Assembly: GCA_045047115.1 (NCBI GenBank) | Contig: JASFYR010000008.1 | Location: forward strand, 1-64,000 | From: Sulfurospirillum sp. | GTDB lineage: Bacteria; Campylobacterota; Campylobacteria; Campylobacterales; Sulfurospirillaceae | Direction: 5' to 3' | Length of the DNA stretch: 64,000 nt | Part shown: positions 19,237 to 29,177 of the stretch, in pieces | Layout of the letters: each line of letters starts with the position of its first letter | Position numbering within the stretch: position 1 is the stretch's first letter | Made by a program: the position numbers and the translations under genes | Notes under the pieces: model-generated | What the model was told of the DNA's origin: nothing | What the model saw: the letters and a program-made list of their open reading frames with translations, nothing else | The model's database searches: none

Positions 19237-19605
19237 TTATCCTTTCTTGTCGAAAATCATTCCAACAATCTCTTTCATCTTTTCGGAGAGTTTCATTGCC
19301 TCTTCTGTAGGGATTTTTCTTATAATCTTACCTGTGCTTCTCTCCATAACATTTACAAACATAGTATCTATCTTATCATTAAAACCAAATGTTACATTTG
19401 TATCTAATGATTTCATCTGTTCATTTAGATTTTTGACTGTTTTATCCAATTTCTGCTTTATGTCGTTTTTATTTAGCATATTGCTTTCTTCTGTTTTGGT
19501 GCTGGAAGTCACTTTTTCAACAGACCTCCTAGTGCTCATAGAAGTATCAACACTCTGCTGAGCTGTTTCTGCTACCTGTTTATTTGCTACACTAAATATA
19601 TCCAT
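19237..19605 (-). CDS. flaG: FlaG family flagellar protein
   Basis: VTFGFNDK...TGKIIRKIPTEEAM...GMIFDKKG. Confidence 0.93.
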   Translation of the reverse strand: MDIFSVANKQVAETAQQSVDTSMSTRRSVEKVTSSTKTEESNMLNKNDIKQKLDKTVKNLNEQMKSLDTNVTFGFNDKIDTMFVNVMERSTGKIIRKIPTEEAMKLSEKMKEIVGMIFDKKG

Positions 19606-19635
19606 TTTGTCCTCCTTGACATTTATCTAATATAT

Positions 19636-19662
19636 AAATCGGCTGGATTATTTATTTGTTTA
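19636..19662 (-). promoter_or_regulatory. Sigma28 (FliA) promoter for flaG-fliD-fliS
   Basis: Minus strand TAAA-N15-GCCGATTT. Confidence 0.85.
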
Positions 19663-19722
19663 GAGTATGTTTTATAAATTATATGTTAAAATACAAGAAC
19701 TTCTATGAAATAGGTTAAAATT

Positions 19723-20082
19723 ATGAAAATAGCACTAGCTTGTGACTCTTTACTCTTGACAAAATCACTAGAGATTTTTTTGAAAAAAAATCTTACATCT
19801 TATAAAAGATGTGATTTTGTTATAAGTGATAAAAAAATAGAGATAAACAAACCTCTGTTTTTAATTTCTGATAAGATGTCAAATCTACAAGTTCCATTTT
19901 CCGAGTCTTCTTTAATGATAGAGCTAGATAGGTTCTATACAAATTTAATATCGGATAAAACATCAAGAAAAGAGAGCAGTAAAATAATATCAGCAGAGAT
20001 AAGAGAAAAGATAGATTTTTTAACAAAAAAGTTTAGAGATGATTTAATTGAAGTGATGCAAGAGTATTATGAAAAGAGATGA
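19723..20082 (+). CDS. Conserved hypothetical protein upstream of rsmD
   Basis: 119 aa; MKIALACDSLLL...CDFVISD...VPFS pattern typical of the Campylobacterota rsmD-linked ORF. Confidence 0.75.
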   Translation: MKIALACDSLLLTKSLEIFLKKNLTSYKRCDFVISDKKIEINKPLFLISDKMSNLQVPFSESSLMIELDRFYTNLISDKTSRKESSKIISAEIREKIDFLTKKFRDDLIEVMQEYYEKR

Positions 20083-20644
20083 AATTTATACAACCATAAC
20101 AGCTGGAAAATACAAAGGCAAAAAACTCAAGCTCCCCTCTCTTCAAAGTACAAGAAGTACAAAATCTATATTGAAGGAGTCATATTTCAACACTGTACAA
20201 TTCGATATTATAGATGAAACATTTGTAGAGGTATTTGGTGGAAGTGGCTCTATGGGACTTGAAGCCCTAAGTAGAGGCGCATCTCATGCATATTTTATAG
20301 AAAAAGACGACAAAGCATTTGCAATATTAAGGCAAAATTGTAAATTTATAGATGAGAATAACACAACCTGTAAAAGAGCAGACAGTTTTGAATATTTTAA
20401 CGAGTTTTTAGCCGGCTCTACATGTAGAGCATTTTTTTACTTTGATCCGCCATTTTCCATCAGAGTTGGCATGGATGAGATATATGAAAAAGTTTATAAC
20501 CTTATAGAGCAGATACCGAAAAACAGAGCAAATCTCATCACAATAGAACATATAAGTTCTCACAAGTTGCCTGGCAATATTGGTATATATAGACTTCAAA
20601 AAACCAAGAAATTTGGAAAAAGCTCACTCTCGTACTATCTATGA
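20069..20644 (+). CDS. rsmD: 16S rRNA m2G966 methyltransferase RsmD
   Basis: ITAGKYKGKKL, TRSTK, EVFGGSGSMGLEALSRGA, FDPPF. Confidence 0.92.
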   Translation: MKRDEIYTTITAGKYKGKKLKLPSLQSTRSTKSILKESYFNTVQFDIIDETFVEVFGGSGSMGLEALSRGASHAYFIEKDDKAFAILRQNCKFIDENNTTCKRADSFEYFNEFLAGSTCRAFFYFDPPFSIRVGMDEIYEKVYNLIEQIPKNRANLITIEHISSHKLPGNIGIYRLQKTKKFGKSSLSYYL

Positions 20645-20647
20645 AAA

Positions 20648-20681
20648 TTGTAACCATTTTGTTATCAAGCTTTTATATAAT
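20648..20681 (+). promoter_or_regulatory. Pho-box-like direct repeat and -10 upstream of pstS
   Basis: TTGTAAC (20648) and TTGTTAT (20659) with 11-bp period; TATAAT at 20676-20681. Confidence 0.65.
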
Positions 20682-20710
20682 TTCATCATAATTTTTAAAG
20701 GAGATTTTAG

Positions 20711-21718
20711 ATGAAAAAAATAGTTTCAACTTCAGTAGCAGGTGCTCTTTGTGCTGTCTCATTGATGGCAGGAGGTTTAGTTAAGGGTGATGGTTCTAGT
20801 TTTGTACTTCCTATAAACCAAGCCTGGTCAAAAGCTTATTATAAAGCGACTGGAAATCAGATACAGTATAATGGTGGCGGAAGTGGAAAGGGCATCAAAG
20901 ATGCAACTGCCAGATTGGTTGATTTTGGTGGAACTGATGCTCCATTAACTCCTAGAGTGCAAAATAGCAAAAAAATGTTACAATTTCCAGCTATCATAGG
21001 TGCTACAGTTATGGCTTATAATCTGCCAGGTGTTAAAAGTGGCGAGTTAAAATTAAGCGATAAAGCTATAGTAGCTATTGCAAACGGAAATGTAAAGTAT
21101 TGGGATAATCCTATGCTAAAAGCTGTAAATGAAAACTTAAATCTTCCTCACAAAAAGATAGTATTTGCAAGAAGAAGTGATGCATCAGGCACTACTTGGA
21201 ACTTTACATTTTTTCTCTCAAGTGTAAGCACAAAATGGAGAAAAGAGTTTGGTGTTAAGAAAACTGTTAATTGGGCTTGCAACAATGTAGGTGGCAAAGG
21301 AAACCCGGGTGTTAGTTCAATCATAAAACAGACCCCATACTCTATAGGCTATATTGAGTATGCTTATGCAGTTGAATCACATGCAAAAGTAGCAACAGTA
21401 GAAAATAGAGACGGATACTTTGTGAAGCCTAGTATGAAGACATTTCAAGCTGCAGCTGCCGGAGCTGACTTTGATCCGGCAAAAGGCTTTTATGCGGTTA
21501 TTGGCTACCCTGCCGGTAAAGACTCATATCCTCTAGTGGCTAGCACATTTATCATCATGCCAAAAGAGAAAATTGCAGAAGATAAAAAAATCACAGCTTT
21601 TTATAGCTGGGCATTTGATAATGGTGCAAAGATAGCAAGTGATCTTTTCTATGTGCCACTTCCAAAAAGTTTAACTCGCAAGATTAAACAGTATTGGAAA
21701 GCTAACGGGGTTTACTAG
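20711..21718 (+). CDS. pstS: Phosphate ABC transporter substrate-binding protein
   Basis: GSGKGI, VDFGGTD, RSDASGTT, GGKGNPGV, IGYIEYAYA. Confidence 0.95.
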   Translation: MKKIVSTSVAGALCAVSLMAGGLVKGDGSSFVLPINQAWSKAYYKATGNQIQYNGGGSGKGIKDATARLVDFGGTDAPLTPRVQNSKKMLQFPAIIGATVMAYNLPGVKSGELKLSDKAIVAIANGNVKYWDNPMLKAVNENLNLPHKKIVFARRSDASGTTWNFTFFLSSVSTKWRKEFGVKKTVNWACNNVGGKGNPGVSSIIKQTPYSIGYIEYAYAVESHAKVATVENRDGYFVKPSMKTFQAAAAGADFDPAKGFYAVIGYPAGKDSYPLVASTFIIMPKEKIAEDKKITAFYSWAFDNGAKIASDLFYVPLPKSLTRKIKQYWKANGVY

Positions 21719-21720
21719 CC

Positions 21721-22716
21721 TTGAATAGGGAACTTATCTTTAAAAGGGTTGCATTTTCGAGCGCAACCCTTATCCTGTTTATACTACTATCTATCTTCAT
21801 TATGCTTTTTATATCTGCAAAACCTGCTATGAGTGAGTATGGACTTCACTTTTTGGTTGATAGTAGTTGGGGGAAAATTATTGAAATAAAATCCGATACT
21901 TCTAAGACTGTAAAAAAAGTACAGAAACAGAGTGTTGGTAAAGATGAGAATCTTTTTGCGGATGAAGATACTCCTGTTATTGCAGGCTCACCTGATAGTG
22001 TAGACAATCAACCTCAAACTGAGGTAAAGACAAAGACGGTTTATGGTGGTTTTATACCGATAGTAGGAACTATATTCTCTACTCTTATAGCTATGGTTTT
22101 TTCTGTTCCAATTGCCATGGGAATAGCCGTGTTTTTATCTGAAATAGCTCCTAATTTTTTGGTAAAACCTGTTGGTATGGCGATAGAACTTTTAGCGGCA
22201 ATCCCAAGTATCATATATGGTATGTGGGGTCTTTTTTACTTTGCACCCATTATCCAAAAAGTTGTAGGAGGTTCGCAAATATCACTTTTAACAGCCGGGT
22301 TAGTGTTGGGAGTTATGATTTTGCCTTTTATGGCAGCTATCACAAGGGATGCCATGAATACCGCACCAGATGTCTTGAAAGAGTCAGCCTACTCTTTAGG
22401 TGCTACAAAATTTGAAGTGGTAAAGGATGTTATTTTTCCTTATGCAAAAGTAGGTATTATAGGCTCGATAATTCTTTCGTTGGGAAGAGCATTGGGTGAG
22501 ACCATGGCAGTAGCATTTCTTATCGGAAGCGTATTTAAAATTCCTCATACACTCACAAGCCCAACTATCTCAATTCCTGTCGTATTGGCAAATAACTTTG
22601 GCGAAGCAGATCCCCAAATGATGAGTTCTCTTTTTTATCTGGCTTTTATTTTGTTTGTGCTTAGCTTTGGAGTTATAGGTTTGGCAAAATTCTATTTCTT
22701 AAAAGGCAGGAGATGA
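21721..22716 (+). CDS. pstC: Phosphate ABC transporter permease
   Basis: ELLAAIPSIIYGMWG, ESAYSLGATKFE, GRALGETMAV. Confidence 0.95.
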   Translation: MNRELIFKRVAFSSATLILFILLSIFIMLFISAKPAMSEYGLHFLVDSSWGKIIEIKSDTSKTVKKVQKQSVGKDENLFADEDTPVIAGSPDSVDNQPQTEVKTKTVYGGFIPIVGTIFSTLIAMVFSVPIAMGIAVFLSEIAPNFLVKPVGMAIELLAAIPSIIYGMWGLFYFAPIIQKVVGGSQISLLTAGLVLGVMILPFMAAITRDAMNTAPDVLKESAYSLGATKFEVVKDVIFPYAKVGIIGSIILSLGRALGETMAVAFLIGSVFKIPHTLTSPTISIPVVLANNFGEADPQMMSSLFYLAFILFVLSFGVIGLAKFYFLKGRR

Positions 22717-23519
22717 AAAGATTGATTATAAATAAGATAGTTCTTTTGCTGTCTACACTTTCGGCTATCGTCGGACTTCTATTTTTAGCGTGGATACTAA
22801 TCACGCTTTTTGTAAAAGGTATTGACTCTATAAGTTGGACACTTTTTGTAAAAGATTTGATAAATGGCGGTCTTAGAAACTTGATATTTGGTCAAATTCT
22901 TATGGCTTTTGTAGCTACACTTATAGGAGTTCCATTAGGCATGTTGGCCGGAATTTATCTACAAGAGTATGGAAGAGGAAGATATGCAAATATCATAAGA
23001 GATCTAAACGACATCATGATGAGTGCCCCCTCTATCGTTATAGGATCTTTTGTATTTGTGGTCATAGTAGTTCCAAGCGGAGGTATAAATGGCTGGGCGG
23101 GTTCAATTGCGCTGGCTATCATGCTTATCCCTATAGTTGTTAGCACAACTGACAATATGCTTTCTTTGGTGCCAACAGAATTAAGAGAAGCTGGAATTGC
23201 ACTTGGTGGAAGCAGACACAAAGTTGTATTGGATATAGTCTTAAAGGCTGCAAAAGTTGGTCTGATGACAGGAATTTTACTGGCATTTGCCAGAATCATA
23301 GGAGAGACTGCCCCACTTCTTTTTACATCCGGAACGAACAGCTTTTGGACTACAAATTTAAACAATGCTTTTCCATCGTTGAGTGTAAGTATATATGATT
23401 TAGCAAATTTTCCAACAGATAAAGCTAGAAATTTAGCATGGGCTGCATCGTTTATATTGACTGTGATAGTTTTGATTATCAATCTAATCGGAAGATTTAT
23501 AACTAGAGATAAAGGATAG
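22713..23519 (+). CDS. pstA: Phosphate ABC transporter permease
   Basis: GIYLQEY, PSIVIG, LREAGIALG, ARIIGETAPL. Confidence 0.95.
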   Translation: MKRLIINKIVLLLSTLSAIVGLLFLAWILITLFVKGIDSISWTLFVKDLINGGLRNLIFGQILMAFVATLIGVPLGMLAGIYLQEYGRGRYANIIRDLNDIMMSAPSIVIGSFVFVVIVVPSGGINGWAGSIALAIMLIPIVVSTTDNMLSLVPTELREAGIALGGSRHKVVLDIVLKAAKVGLMTGILLAFARIIGETAPLLFTSGTNSFWTTNLNNAFPSLSVSIYDLANFPTDKARNLAWAASFILTVIVLIINLIGRFITRDKG

Positions 23520-23524
23520 AATGA

Positions 23525-24316
23525 ATGGCAAAAGAGTTAATAATGGAGACAAAAGATTTTTCTTTCAAGTATGCAGGAGTACCAAAACCATCTTTGATGG
23601 ATATAAATCTGCCTATCTGTAAAAATAAAATAACAGCGATGATAGGGCCTAGTGGCTGTGGAAAATCAACACTTTTAAGATCAATGAACAGAATCCATGA
23701 TCTCTATCCCGGACACGAATATACTGGAGAGATAAATCTTTTAGACTTGGAAAAAAATGAGTTTGAAAATATACTTGATATTAAAAAGGAAAATGAGTTC
23801 ATAAAGCTTCGACAAAGAGTCGGTATGATTTTTCAAAAGCCTACACCCTTTCCGATGAGTATATATGACAATGTCGCTTACGGATTGAGATTGGCTGGTA
23901 TAAAAGACAAAACAACTCTCGATGAAAAGGTAGAAAATGCTCTAAAAGGTGCTGCTATCTGGGAAGAGAGTAAAGATAGGCTAAAAGAGAGTGCCATGGG
24001 TATGAGTGGAGGGCAACAACAAAGACTCTGCATTGCAAGAGCAGTTGCACTCAAGCCTGAAGTTTTGCTTTTGGATGAACCGACCAGTGCACTTGACCCC
24101 ATATCTACAAGGGCGATAGAGGAGCTGGTGAGTGAACTTAAAAAAGATATATCCATAGTTATAGTTACGCACAATATGCAACAGGCAAGTCGCTTGAGTG
24201 ATTATACGGCTTTTATGTATATCGGAGAGTTGATAGAGTATAATAAAACAGACAAAATTTTTCTAAATCCAAAAGAAAAGTTGACTGAAGACTATGTAAC
24301 AGGGAGATTTGGGTAA
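23525..24316 (+). CDS. pstB: Phosphate ABC transporter ATPase
   Basis: [47 protein letters not shown]. Confidence 0.97.
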   Translation: MAKELIMETKDFSFKYAGVPKPSLMDINLPICKNKITAMIGPSGCGKSTLLRSMNRIHDLYPGHEYTGEINLLDLEKNEFENILDIKKENEFIKLRQRVGMIFQKPTPFPMSIYDNVAYGLRLAGIKDKTTLDEKVENALKGAAIWEESKDRLKESAMGMSGGQQQRLCIARAVALKPEVLLLDEPTSALDPISTRAIEELVSELKKDISIVIVTHNMQQASRLSDYTAFMYIGELIEYNKTDKIFLNPKEKLTEDYVTGRFG

Positions 24317-24981
24317 TGTTAAAAAACTATAAAGATATATTGGAAAAATCAAGAAACAGAGTTTTAGATTTTGCGACAATGATTTTGGATGCTTGTGATT
24401 TGACATCGGATGCTTTTAAAAATGAAGATATTCAAAAAGCAAATGAGGCTAGAGATATGTTAAAAAATGCTCACTCGGTAAACAGCAAGATAGACAATGA
24501 GATTATTAAGACTTTAGCACTCTTTTCACCGGAAGCACGAGATTTAAGGGTAGTTATAGCTCACCTGAAAATAGCAAGTGAATTAACGCGTATAAGTGAT
24601 TATGTCAGGAGTTGCGCCAAGAGCATAAAGATGCAAATAAGCGGTGAATTTGATCTAAGCACGCTAAAAGATGACACAATGGCATATATGGCAAGTACAC
24701 AAAAATCTCTATATTCTGCCATAGAGTCACTTAAGACCGATTCTATAAGCAGGTTAGAGGAGCTATACAGGGCTGTAAATGTTGAAGAGTCAAAGTGTGA
24801 TGATATACACTCTATTTTGGAGCAAAATACACTGGAGCAGATCTGCATAACTCCTGAATTGGCAAAGGATTTTGTTGTATTTTTAAAGAGTATGAGAAAA
24901 CTAGAGCGTATAAGTGATAGAAGCCTAAACATAGTAAAACTTTCGTTTTTTGCTCAAAAAGGTGGAAAGCTAAAACTCTAA
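24316..24981 (+). CDS. phoU: Phosphate signalling protein PhoU
   Basis: PEARDLR...ELTRISD and KLERISD repeats. Confidence 0.9.
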   Translation: MLKNYKDILEKSRNRVLDFATMILDACDLTSDAFKNEDIQKANEARDMLKNAHSVNSKIDNEIIKTLALFSPEARDLRVVIAHLKIASELTRISDYVRSCAKSIKMQISGEFDLSTLKDDTMAYMASTQKSLYSAIESLKTDSISRLEELYRAVNVEESKCDDIHSILEQNTLEQICITPELAKDFVVFLKSMRKLERISDRSLNIVKLSFFAQKGGKLKL

Positions 24982-24991
24982 GGTTGTTATA

Positions 24992-25660
24992 ATGAAAGCG
25001 TTAATTGTTGTTATCGAAGATGAAGAGGATTTGTTAGAACTTTTGGAGTATAGATTGAACAAAGAGGGCTATGAAGTGGTAGGCTTTTTGTCTGCCAGGA
25101 AAGTAGAAGATTTTCTACTTGAAGAAGAGCCTGATCTCCTTATAGTGGATAGAAATCTTCCTGGAGTTGAGGGGAGTGACTTTGTAAGGCAGATAAGAGA
25201 AAAAGGACACCAGATGCCCGTGATTTTTCTCAGTGCCAAAGACAGTAACAGCGATATAGAAGAGGGATTTCTAAGAGGTGGAGATGACTATATTACAAAA
25301 CCCTACAACATAAATGAACTTTTACTGAGAATAAAAGCCATACTCAGAAGGACAAAAAGTGAGGGTGGAGGCAAATTAGTATATAAAGACATCTTACTAA
25401 ACTCGGACACAAGAGAGGTTTCTATAAAAAAAGAAAAGATTAAACTGAGTAAATTGGAGTTTAATCTTTTGAGATTTTTTATGGAAAACAGAAATAGAGT
25501 TTTAAGCAGAGACGAGATTTTGCAGAGTGTTTGGAGTGATAAAGACTATAAAAATGATAAAACTATAAATGTTACGGTAAATAGACTGAAAAAAAGAGTA
25601 GAGATTGATGGCGCAAACTATATATTTGCTATAAGAGGGGTGGGGTATAAATTTTGTTAA
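24992..25660 (+). CDS. phoB: Phosphate regulon response regulator (PhoB-like)
   Basis: OmpR-family receiver plus winged helix; lies within the pst-phoU operon. Confidence 0.8.
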   Translation: MKALIVVIEDEEDLLELLEYRLNKEGYEVVGFLSARKVEDFLLEEEPDLLIVDRNLPGVEGSDFVRQIREKGHQMPVIFLSAKDSNSDIEEGFLRGGDDYITKPYNINELLLRIKAILRRTKSEGGGKLVYKDILLNSDTREVSIKKEKIKLSKLEFNLLRFFMENRNRVLSRDEILQSVWSDKDYKNDKTINVTVNRLKKRVEIDGANYIFAIRGVGYKFC

Positions 25661-27042
25661 AATTAAACCAGATATATTTTCGTAAATTTTTCTATCTTTT
25701 TTTTGCTACAGCACTTGTTGTTTCAGTGGTCGGATACTATCTACTTGATAAAATCGAGATAAATAACTATAAAACAATGCTTGAAAATATGATAAAACAG
25801 TTTAGTGCAACATATAAAGACATCTCAAATATAGATGAAGTTATCAAGAAAATACATAAAAAAACAGGTGTAAGAGTCACACTTGTTGATTCGAACGGTA
25901 ATGTCAGATATGAGAGCAATCGAAAGATCGAGGGGATGGGAAATCATATAAGCAGACCTGAAATTTTACTTAGTAATTCCCAAAGTTTTGGCTCAAGCGT
26001 AAGGCACTCTAGAAGTGTAGACAAGGATTTGCTCTATGTATCAAAGAAGATAGACGGCTATTATGTAAGGATGGCTTATCCTCTAAACAGTATAAAAGAG
26101 AAGTTTTTTAGATTTTGGATTTATGCGATTTTGATGTTTTTAGGCGCCATGGGTCTGGCTTTTTGGATAGCGCTTAAAATAAATGCAAAAGTTGCATATG
26201 ATTTACAAAAGATAAAAGAGGGGTTAGATAGCATCATAGATAAGAAGTATGATACTATATTTGATGGTGCAAAATGTTGCGAAGAGTTTGATGTAATTGC
26301 AAAGCAGATAAACAGAGTCTCTAAAAGGCTAGAGAAGAGAAACCGTCAAAAGATTAAACATACAAGAAAACTAAAAGAACTGAATAAACAGCAAAGCGAT
26401 ATCATATCTGCTATCAGTCATGAGTTTAAAAATCCCGTTGCTGCTATCGTAGGATATGCCAGTACAGTAAGAGAAGATAGTGATTTGAGTCAAGAAATCA
26501 GAGATAAATTTTTAGATAAAGTTATCAAAAATGCAGAAAAAATATCATACATGATTGATAGATTGTCTATGGCTATAAAGTTGGAAAATGATAACTTTTC
26601 ACCTAATCTTACAACTTTTGATATCTTAAACACAGTGAATTATGCCCGAGATATACTTTTGCAAAAATATAGGAATCGTGAAATAGTGGTAAATGTTCTA
26701 AGCACAGAGATTGCAGCAGATGAGCTTATGTTTGAAAATTTGCTTATAAATTTGCTTGAAAATGCTCTGAAATATTCTGAAGATGAAGTTGTTGTCAAAC
26801 TGGAAAACAGCACCTTGAAAGTTATAGATAAAGGTATCGGTATAAACGAAAATAATTTGGAAAACATAACAAAAAGGTTTTACAGAGTAGAGTCGCTCGA
26901 ATGGGACAACTCTATAGGAGTGGGCTTGTATATCGTAAAATATATACTGAAACTTCATCAAATTGAGTTATCTGTAAAAAGTGAACCAGGTGTTGGTTCA
27001 GAGTTTGGTTTTGAAATAAACTCTTTACGGATTAGTGCTTAG
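25654..27042 (+). CDS. phoR: Phosphate regulon sensor kinase (PhoR-like)
   Basis: Two TMs with a periplasmic RVTLVD...NHISRPE domain; SHEFKNP H-box; NLLENALKY, DKGIG, FYRV. Confidence 0.8.
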   Translation: MLKLNQIYFRKFFYLFFATALVVSVVGYYLLDKIEINNYKTMLENMIKQFSATYKDISNIDEVIKKIHKKTGVRVTLVDSNGNVRYESNRKIEGMGNHISRPEILLSNSQSFGSSVRHSRSVDKDLLYVSKKIDGYYVRMAYPLNSIKEKFFRFWIYAILMFLGAMGLAFWIALKINAKVAYDLQKIKEGLDSIIDKKYDTIFDGAKCCEEFDVIAKQINRVSKRLEKRNRQKIKHTRKLKELNKQQSDIISAISHEFKNPVAAIVGYASTVREDSDLSQEIRDKFLDKVIKNAEKISYMIDRLSMAIKLENDNFSPNLTTFDILNTVNYARDILLQKYRNREIVVNVLSTEIAADELMFENLLINLLENALKYSEDEVVVKLENSTLKVIDKGIGINENNLENITKRFYRVESLEWDNSIGVGLYIVKYILKLHQIELSVKSEPGVGSEFGFEINSLRISA

Positions 27043-27050
27043 AAAATTAG

Positions 27051-27066
27051 TGGAACATAAATTGCT
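27051..27066 (+). promoter_or_regulatory. Sigma54 promoter for the flgI operon
   Basis: TGGAAC-ATAAA-TTGCT with GG and GC 12 bp apart. Confidence 0.85.
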
Positions 27067-27103
27067 TTAACAAAGACTAGATAGCAAAACTAAAGGTCTG
27101 GTT

Positions 27104-28159
27104 ATGAAGCTTGTTTTAGCAATAATTTTTTTATTTATAAATTTCTCATCTCTTCAAGCTGAAAAGATAAAAGATATAGCAAATATTATTGGAGTAAGAG
27201 AAAATCAACTTATAGGGTATGGGTTGGTAGTTGGTTTAAACGGTACTGGTGATGGTTCTTCTTCAAAGTTTACGCTCCAGTCTCTCTCTAATCTTTTACA
27301 GACAGTAAATGTCAAAATCAAACCCGCAGACATAAAATCAAAAAATATAGCAGCAGTCATAGTTACAGCAAAATTACCCCCGTTTGCGAGACAGGGGGAT
27401 AAGTTGGATGTTACCATATCTTCTATAGGTGATGCAAAATCTCTTCAGGGAGGAACTCTTCTTATGACAGCACTTAAGGGAGTTGACGGAAAGATATATG
27501 CGCTTTCACAAGGTTCGGTTACTATAGGAGGAATGAACGGCAAGGGTGGGGGACAATTAAATCACTCGACAAATGGTGCGATTTTTAGTGGTGCTTTGGT
27601 CGAGAGAGATGTTGTGTATGATATTTATAATCAAAAATTTGCAAATTTAAGCTTGAAAAGATCAGATTTCAATACTGCAGTCAATATGCAAAAAGCATTG
27701 AATGCCTTTTTTAAAGAAAAGGTCGCAACTGCGATAGATCCAAGAACTATAAGATTGGAAAAACCTCAGGATTTGTCTATGGTAGAATTTTTGGCAAAAA
27801 CTCAAAATGTTGATGTGAATTATAAAAAAGAGGAAAAAATTGTCATAGATGAGCGAACAGGAACTATAGTAAGTGGTATAGATATACATGTAAGTCCTGT
27901 TGTGATAACTCATGGAGACATAACCATCAAGATAGAACCTAGGAAAATTCTTCCAAAGGATAAAACAGAGGTTAATATGGGTGATGGAGTAAAAATAGCC
28001 GTAAATCAAAATCAATTAAATATAAAAAGCGGAGAAATAACAATTGCTAATATCACAAGAGCATTGCACAAGTTAGGAGCTAAACCAAAAGATATCATTT
28101 CTATTATAGAAAATATCAAAAGAGCTGGTGCCATAAATGCAAAATTGGAGATAATATAA
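27104..28159 (+). CDS. flgI: Flagellar P-ring protein
   Basis: IKDIANIIGVRENQLIGYGLVVGLNGTGD, DAKSLQGGTLL, IDERTGTIV. Confidence 0.97.
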   Translation: MKLVLAIIFLFINFSSLQAEKIKDIANIIGVRENQLIGYGLVVGLNGTGDGSSSKFTLQSLSNLLQTVNVKIKPADIKSKNIAAVIVTAKLPPFARQGDKLDVTISSIGDAKSLQGGTLLMTALKGVDGKIYALSQGSVTIGGMNGKGGGQLNHSTNGAIFSGALVERDVVYDIYNQKFANLSLKRSDFNTAVNMQKALNAFFKEKVATAIDPRTIRLEKPQDLSMVEFLAKTQNVDVNYKKEEKIVIDERTGTIVSGIDIHVSPVVITHGDITIKIEPRKILPKDKTEVNMGDGVKIAVNQNQLNIKSGEITIANITRALHKLGAKPKDIISIIENIKRAGAINAKLEII

Positions 28160-28452
28160 TGACAAATGCAATAGATAATTCACTTGCTTTTTCTTATGCC
28201 AGTTCTGTAAAAACACCAAAAAATTTAGATAACCTTAATGATAAAAAATTAAAAGAGGTTACGGATAAATTTGAAGCATTTTTTATAAAAAAAATACTTG
28301 ATGTTTCACTCAAGCATGATAACTCTCTTTACGCAAAAGATGCGGGAGATAAGATATATAATTCTATGTATAATGACGCTATCAGCAGTGCTATGGGAGG
28401 AAAGTTTGGTTTTAGTCAAATGTTGTTTGATTTTTTAAAAAACAGAGGTTAA
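28159..28452 (+). CDS. flgJ: Single-domain rod-binding protein FlgJ
   Basis: LKEVTDKFEAFF...IYNSMY...GFSQMLFDFL. Confidence 0.85.
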   Translation: MTNAIDNSLAFSYASSVKTPKNLDNLNDKKLKEVTDKFEAFFIKKILDVSLKHDNSLYAKDAGDKIYNSMYNDAISSAMGGKFGFSQMLFDFLKNRG

Positions 28453-28476
28453 AGTTTTACTATTTTATGTCGATAT
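28450..28476 (+). promoter_or_regulatory. Internal sigma28 promoter upstream of flgM
   Basis: TAAA-N15-GTCGATAT. Confidence 0.8.
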
Positions 28477-28527
28477 GTGTTTTAATGATAAAAGATGCTT
28501 TGGTAAGTATCTGATAAAGGATATAAA

Positions 28528-28725
28528 ATGGTTTCAAACATTAGGGCTGGTGGTTCAGCTTACTTGCAAAATATGCAAGATATTAAAGATAAAAAAGGCG
28601 CAGAGCCTGTCAAAAAAAGTAAAGAGTTAGATAAAGTAGATACTATTAAAGAGCAGATAAAAAGCGGGAATTATAAATTAGATATGGAAAAAACTGCTAA
28701 ATCTATCTTGGATGAGCTTGTCTGA
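28528..28725 (+). CDS. flgM: Anti-sigma28 factor FlgM
   Basis: DKVDTIKEQIKSGNYKLDMEKTA C-terminal motif. Confidence 0.9.
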   Translation: MVSNIRAGGSAYLQNMQDIKDKKGAEPVKKSKELDKVDTIKEQIKSGNYKLDMEKTAKSILDELV

Positions 28726-28748
28726 CCCTTAAATTTTAAAGGGAAAAA

Positions 28749-29177
28749 ATGTTATTACACTACCTTTCAAGTTCAATTAGCGATATAGAAAACTTGATCG
28801 AATTAACAAAAAAAGATATAAAAGATATAAAAGAAGCGAATCATGAACTTGTTTTTGAAAGAACAAAGATTAAAAATGATTTGGTTAAGTCATTCGAAAA
28901 TAAAAAATCTCTTTTGGATAACGAACTTATAAAACTAGTAGGAAATAAAAAAGATTCTAAACTGGAAGATATACTCGGTGATAATGAAAAAAATCTACTC
29001 AATAAAATGAAGATAAAACTCAATGAACTAAAAGAGATAAACAAGCAGTATGCAAAATTTGTAGTGATAATAAGTGAATTTTACAACTCTCTTCTTGATA
29101 AAATATTTCCGTGTGAGATGGAAGGTTATCACAAGACGCACCATAAGCCCGCAAGCATATTCAAAGTGAGAGCCTAA
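28749..29177 (+). CDS. flgN: Flagellar export chaperone FlgN
   Basis: Helical 142-aa ORF between flgM and flgK; DIKDIKEANH...VIISEFYNSL. Confidence 0.8.
   Translation: MLLHYLSSSISDIENLIELTKKDIKDIKEANHELVFERTKIKNDLVKSFENKKSLLDNELIKLVGNKKDSKLEDILGDNEKNLLNKMKIKLNELKEINKQYAKFVVIISEFYNSLLDKIFPCEMEGYHKTHHKPASIFKVRA

Noticed and set aside
22955..23482. 175-aa antisense ORF in pstA, and similar shadows in gatB, motB, acnB, hemL and rpoD
   Set aside because: They lie opposite well-conserved genes, show no motifs, and are expected from codon bias.
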